This document shows, one piece after another, positions 58,116 to 61,939 of a stretch of DNA of 61,939 nucleotides. The notes beneath the pieces are model-generated. The model saw only the letters and a list, made by a program, of their open reading frames with translations. It had not been told where the DNA came from and searched no databases. Source of the DNA: Bacilli bacterium (GTDB taxonomy: Bacteria > Bacillota_I > Bacilli_A > RF39 > UBA660); contig JAFWHR010000007.1 in the NCBI GenBank assembly GCA_017511945.1, positions 1-61,939 of the forward strand, in the 5' to 3' direction. Every line of letters starts with the position of its first letter. The stretch's first letter is position 1. The position numbers and the translations under genes are program-made.

Positions 58116-58821
58116 TATAAATATACCTTCGATAGAAAATGTTGATGTTAAGACAACACGTTATGCTGATTCTACAGTTTGGTATGCTGTTATCCCTAAA
58201 GAATTAAAACCAAAATTGGCTATAGCTAATGATAATTATGACGAATTAACTGTAGAAGCTCCTAGTGAAATTGCTAAAAGAAAAAACGCTAAAATAGCTA
58301 TTAATTTTGGACTTACTGGGGATCCAGCTGGACTTATGTATGCAGATGGAAAGTTCATAGGGTCAGTTAATGATTGTGATCAAACCTTATATATGGACCA
58401 AGATGGGACATTAAATTGTATTAGAAATGAGGAAGAAGCAGATCTTGCACAAAAAATAATAGATATTAATCCTGTATGGGCTTCAAAAGGATTTTATGCA
58501 ATTGCTGAAGATGGCAATTATGTTGATGAAAATTATATAGATCCTAGTCTATCACGTAATAAAGAACCAAGAACTTTTATAGGACAAGATTATGATGGCA
58601 ACTATATTATTGGTGTTTGTGATGGGCGAAGCGAAAATGAGGCTGGTATGACTTTGAAAGAAGTGTACGATTTTGTTAATACAGAAGTTACTGATAATCT
58701 TCGATTCTTATTTAATGGAGATGGTGGAGGTTCAAGTGCTATTATGTATGACGGACAGAAACTTAATCCAGATATTGACGGAAGCGAAAGAGAACGTCCA
58801 GACTTAATTTATTGGAATTAA
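57526..58821 (+). CDS. Modular protein: shared N-terminal module plus a C-terminal phosphodiester glycosidase (NAGPA/DUF2233) domain
   Basis: EPRTFIGQDYDGNYIIGVCDGRSENEAGMTLKEVYDFV and FNGDGGGSSAIMYDG. Confidence 0.75.
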   Translation: MSEIQKINLNDIDFKWDKVSTTAAGAASGKGFLNESNIIKDAWADELELEKVDDAYLLSQDGTPMGFIDSKTAEDYMNSEKAAHKQSNKAVDNGNNNIEKKPLTDALKEKGVLSDPAEKKAEIAETINNNLKVDETNSNQIENTKNNLNKSLIDALREKGLLLDPNKEKVDITENLMKNLKIDDNESKISPVVDDSTINIPSIENVDVKTTRYADSTVWYAVIPKELKPKLAIANDNYDELTVEAPSEIAKRKNAKIAINFGLTGDPAGLMYADGKFIGSVNDCDQTLYMDQDGTLNCIRNEEEADLAQKIIDINPVWASKGFYAIAEDGNYVDENYIDPSLSRNKEPRTFIGQDYDGNYIIGVCDGRSENEAGMTLKEVYDFVNTEVTDNLRFLFNGDGGGSSAIMYDGQKLNPDIDGSERERPDLIYWN

Positions 58822-58869
58822 AAAAATTTTTGATACAATTAATCTTGTGATACATAAATAATTTATTTA

Positions 58870-58903
58870 AAATAAACCAAAAAAGGACCTTTAAAAGTCC
58901 TTT
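58870..58903 (+). repeat. Copy 1 of a 34-bp direct repeat containing a terminator hairpin (copy 2 at 61768..61801)
   Basis: aaataaaccaaaaaaggacctttaaaagtccttt is identical at both sites. Confidence 0.9.
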
Positions 58904-58908
58904 TAAAA

Positions 58909-59091
58909 TTAGTTTCCAAAAGCTCTAGTTACGATTATGATTACAAGTAAGATAAACAAAACTAAAATAATAGATTCACCATATCAAGAGCCATATCCTC
59001 CGCCGTAGCCACCGCAGCAAGGATTACAGCCATACCCTGAACGACCCTTATAAGTCCAAAATGAAACGCCGAAAATGTTCTTATATTTCAA
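58909..59091 (-). pseudogene. YjcZ-like small sporulation protein gene interrupted by an in-frame TGA
   Basis: Minus-strand reading gives (TTG) KYKNIFGVSFWTYKGRSGYGCNPCCGGYGGGYGS*YGESIILVLFILLVIIIVTRAFGN*. The internal stop is at 58984-58986. Confidence 0.5.
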
Positions 59092-59348
59092 GGTAAATTA
59101 AGGTTTTTTCAAAAAATGAAAAACAGGAAAACTCGAATTTTTTATAAAAAACATAATTTTTTATTAAATTTTTTACATAGCTGTCTTATTAATTTAAGGT
59201 AGTATTTTTATGATGGAAAGAGAGGCAAAAAAAAGAAAATAAATTGTTAAAAATAACAATTAAATTTTTCTACTATATGTTTCCAAACTGAAGAAATATT
59301 GTTATAATAATGTAAAGAAAAAATATTGATGAAAGGAGTTAATTATTT

Positions 59349-60341
59349 ATGATAGAAGATGAGTTTAGTAAAATAATTAGGCTTATTGAAAAAAGAAAGA
59401 AAAATGCTTATTTTAAGGTTAACGAAGAAATGATTTTGTTGTATTTAGATGTTGGAAAGTTTTTGTTTGAATTGCAGCAAAAAAGTAAATATGGTGATAA
59501 AATAACAATAAAAGCATCAGAATTTATGAAAAAGAATTATCCCACTATTAAAGGTTTTACTAAAAGGAACATTGAACGAATGATTCAATTTTATAAGACA
59601 TATAAAGATGATGAAATTGCGACACCACTGGTGACGCAATTGTCTTGGACTAATAATTTACTTATTATTAGTGGGTCTAAATCAATAGAAGAAAGGCACT
59701 TCTATTTAAAACTAGCAATTAAAAATAACTATTCAAAAAGAGAGTTAGATAGACAAATATCTTCTGCCTATTATGAACGTTATATGCTGTCAGGTGGAAA
59801 ACAATTACCAACAATTAAAAAAACTATTGATGAAAATGATTATCCAAACACAAGAATTTTAGATACATATAGTTTAGAATTTTTGGACTTACCAAACGTT
59901 TTTTCAGAAGGTGATTTTAAAAAAGCAATTATTAGTAATATTAAAGACTTCATTTTAGAAGTTGGCAAGGATTTTACTTTTATAGGTGATGAATATAGAG
60001 TGCAGGTAGGTAATCATGATTTTTTCATTGATTTATTGTTTTACAATAGAGAATTATCATGTTTAGCAGCATTTGAGTTAAAATTAGGTGAATTTAAAGC
60101 AGAATATCTTGGAAAAATGAATTTATATCTTGAAGCACTAGATCGAAATGTCAAAAAAGAAAAGGAAAATCCAAGTGTCGGTGTTATACTATGTAGTTCC
60201 AAAGATAATGATGTAGTTGAATATTCTATTAGTAAAAATATGTCACAAACTATGATTTCTGAATATAAATTAAAATTAATTGATAAAAAACTATTGGAAA
60301 ATAAACTAAAAGAGGTTAAAAGTTTAATAGAGACGAAATAA
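59349..60341 (+). CDS. PDDEXK nuclease, DUF1016 (E. coli YhcG-like) family
   Basis: 330 aa. N-terminal helical region with QLSWTNN, and C-terminal DLLFYNREL...AFELKLGEF. Confidence 0.75.
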   Translation: MIEDEFSKIIRLIEKRKKNAYFKVNEEMILLYLDVGKFLFELQQKSKYGDKITIKASEFMKKNYPTIKGFTKRNIERMIQFYKTYKDDEIATPLVTQLSWTNNLLIISGSKSIEERHFYLKLAIKNNYSKRELDRQISSAYYERYMLSGGKQLPTIKKTIDENDYPNTRILDTYSLEFLDLPNVFSEGDFKKAIISNIKDFILEVGKDFTFIGDEYRVQVGNHDFFIDLLFYNRELSCLAAFELKLGEFKAEYLGKMNLYLEALDRNVKKEKENPSVGVILCSSKDNDVVEYSISKNMSQTMISEYKLKLIDKKLLENKLKEVKSLIETK

Positions 60342-60386
60342 TTGTTAAAGATTTAAATATTAGTATGCAAAAGGAAGAAGTTTGAT

Positions 60387-61523
60387 ATGATGAAGAAGAA
60401 CTCAAATTTAATTTTAAAGACATTAAAAAATAGCTTATTAAGTGGAATAAATTTCGATGATAAAATATTAGATTTTTTAGAGATAAATAATGTATTTTCA
60501 GATAAAAGTAAAAAATGTAAGCTATGCAATAAAAACTTTAGCGGAAATAATAAAGCTTATGGCAACTCATGTCTTAAAAATTTGTATGACAAAAGTGGTA
60601 TGAGCTACTTTAAAGAAATAGAAGATAAGGAACTATTCTTGTATACTGCTATTGCTGTTAAATCAAACCAAGATTTTATTAATAAAGAGCAAGTATATTA
60701 TTTATGTGAATCATATTTATCAAAATTATATATTGAAAAAATTAATAATACCAAGAAACTTCAAAACGAATTAAATAAATGTATAGAAAACAATAAAAAA
60801 CCAATCATGAAATTAAATACTGCATATAGAATTAGTAAAATAGTAAAAAGAAATAAAAAGATATTAGATGTTAATAATATTAATAAAATAATTGATGAAA
60901 ATTTATTAAAATTCTTTAAAACATATTTTAGTATAAACAAAATAACTAATCCACGATTTTATGAGGTATATTATTATATGCAGTTCATTCTTTGGGAGGG
61001 TGTTGTGAAAGGTGGAGAATATAAAAAACTGAAATTATCTTCGAAATGTTTATCTCATTCATTAAGTGTTTTGAATTCGAAACCAAAGGATATTAAGTTT
61101 AATGATAAGGATAAATATGTTATTGACTTGATTAAGGGAGAAGATGGTTTTAAAAACAAAATAAAAGAGTTAATAGATAAATATTATAAAAAAGATAAAA
61201 TAATATTTAATGACTCAACACCTAAAGATTCTGAAGAATTATATTATAGTTTTGAAAATGACGATCTATTTTATTCGCTTCATTCTGTCAAAATTAACTT
61301 TGACGGATACAAAAAAGATAATAAATGGCATCTTAATATTGAACTCACAGATACTTATGATTTTACTGAAATACTATCTAATGATAAATATAAAGATAGT
61401 AAGAGAAAATATTTAACAAAAGGAAACGTTTTGAATGACTTTGCAGCTATTTCTAGTCAGTATGGTGTTATTAAACCATATAAAATAATTATTGATTTTA
61501 AATGGAGTGATTTTGATGTATAA
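60387..61523 (+). CDS. Hypothetical protein (CxxC near the N-terminus; no family recognised)
   Basis: 378 aa, Lys/Asn-rich. The stop overlaps the start of the next ORF (ATGTATAA). Confidence 0.55.
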   Translation: MMKKNSNLILKTLKNSLLSGINFDDKILDFLEINNVFSDKSKKCKLCNKNFSGNNKAYGNSCLKNLYDKSGMSYFKEIEDKELFLYTAIAVKSNQDFINKEQVYYLCESYLSKLYIEKINNTKKLQNELNKCIENNKKPIMKLNTAYRISKIVKRNKKILDVNNINKIIDENLLKFFKTYFSINKITNPRFYEVYYYMQFILWEGVVKGGEYKKLKLSSKCLSHSLSVLNSKPKDIKFNDKDKYVIDLIKGEDGFKNKIKELIDKYYKKDKIIFNDSTPKDSEELYYSFENDDLFYSLHSVKINFDGYKKDNKWHLNIELTDTYDFTEILSNDKYKDSKRKYLTKGNVLNDFAAISSQYGVIKPYKIIIDFKWSDFDV

Positions 61524-61752
61524 AAAAATAGATAACATGATATTATGGTTAAAAAGATTTTTAAATACTGATTTTAAAAAAATATTTCTTTTGATTATTA
61601 TCAGTATATTGATAATTATATCTATATACCTTTTTGGATTCTTTATGGCAATTGGTCTTATAAAAGAAGGAGAGGAGAGAAGAAATGAAATAGATAAACT
61701 ATACAAAAAAGGAATATGTAATTATGAAAAACCTTGTGATTATCCATATTAA
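61516..61752 (+). CDS. Small single-pass membrane protein
   Basis: 78 aa from MYKKIDN with TM IFLLIIISILIIISIYLFGFFMAIGLI. Translationally coupled to the upstream ORF. Confidence 0.5.
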   Translation: MYKKIDNMILWLKRFLNTDFKKIFLLIIISILIIISIYLFGFFMAIGLIKEGEERRNEIDKLYKKGICNYEKPCDYPY

Positions 61753-61767
61753 ATCTATATAAAATTT

Positions 61768-61801
61768 AAATAAACCAAAAAAGGACCTTTAAAAGTCCTT
61801 T
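61768..61801 (+). repeat. Copy 2 of the 34-bp direct repeat / terminator hairpin
   Basis: Identical to 58870-58903 and directly abuts the terminal inverted repeat. Confidence 0.9.
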
Positions 61802-61939
61802 CAGACTGTTGACAAATTAGTTCAATGGTCTTTTCATTTTAAAAAAAATGTATTATAATTAAATTGCGAGTTAAGTCTTACCTTTACTAAATTAAGGCCA
61901 TTATAACTCGCTTTTTATGTGTGAAAATGTTATAATATA
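61799..61939. repeat. Right arm of the 141-bp perfect terminal inverted repeat
   Basis: Exact reverse complement of 1-141. Confidence 0.95.

Noticed and set aside
58984-58986. TGA read as Trp (genetic code 4) for this organism
   Set aside because: ftsY, relA and other well-conserved genes end at TGA at the expected protein length, with the next gene starting immediately after. The standard code applies.
1-61939. A linear plasmid or phage genome with terminal inverted repeats
   Set aside because: The content is core chromosome (rnj, ftsY, relA, sigE, spo0A, pgk, smc, def). There are no replication, partition, terminal-protein or structural phage genes.
1-61939. CRISPR arrays, tRNA/rRNA/tmRNA/SRP RNA genes, IS elements, integrases, prophage
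   Set aside because: No regularly spaced repeats, no GC-rich structured islands in the intergenic regions, and no ORF with transposase, integrase or phage hallmarks was seen. Small ncRNAs cannot be excluded without covariance-model searches.

Overview
A very AT-rich (roughly 27% GC by eye) chromosomal segment from an endospore-forming Firmicute, shown by spoIIGA-sigE and spo0A. It is possibly a whole metagenomic contig. Most of it is densely packed housekeeping: rnj, ftsY-ylxM, relA-dtd, pgk/tpiA, dusB, nrnA, mtaB, recD2, fhs, smc, an ABC-F ATPase and def, mixed with many lineage-specific membrane or envelope ORFs. I saw no rRNA, tRNA, CRISPR array, integrase, transposase or prophage genes. 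The points worth a second look are below.

1. The window starts and ends with the same 141 bp in inverted orientation.
2. The right end (54.5-61.8 kb) looks accessory. Two paralogous genes share a 643-bp promoter plus N-terminal module but carry different cell-wall-active C-terminal domains (NlpC/P60 versus phosphodiester glycosidase), with an HExxH membrane protein between them. After them comes a 2.9-kb block bounded by a 34-bp direct repeat, holding a PDDEXK (DUF1016) nuclease and two translationally coupled unknown ORFs.
3. A 763-aa protein has a type IV prepilin leader, Listeria-Bacteroides repeats and a thrombospondin-type-1-like Cys module. Two orphan pilin genes sit among the glycolysis genes and spo0A.
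4. A HerA-like (DUF87) ATPase occupies the operon slot after ylxM where ffh normally sits.
5. A Fic gene is bracketed by a partial duplication of a DUF362 gene.

All protein family calls come from motif reading of the supplied translations, not from database searches.
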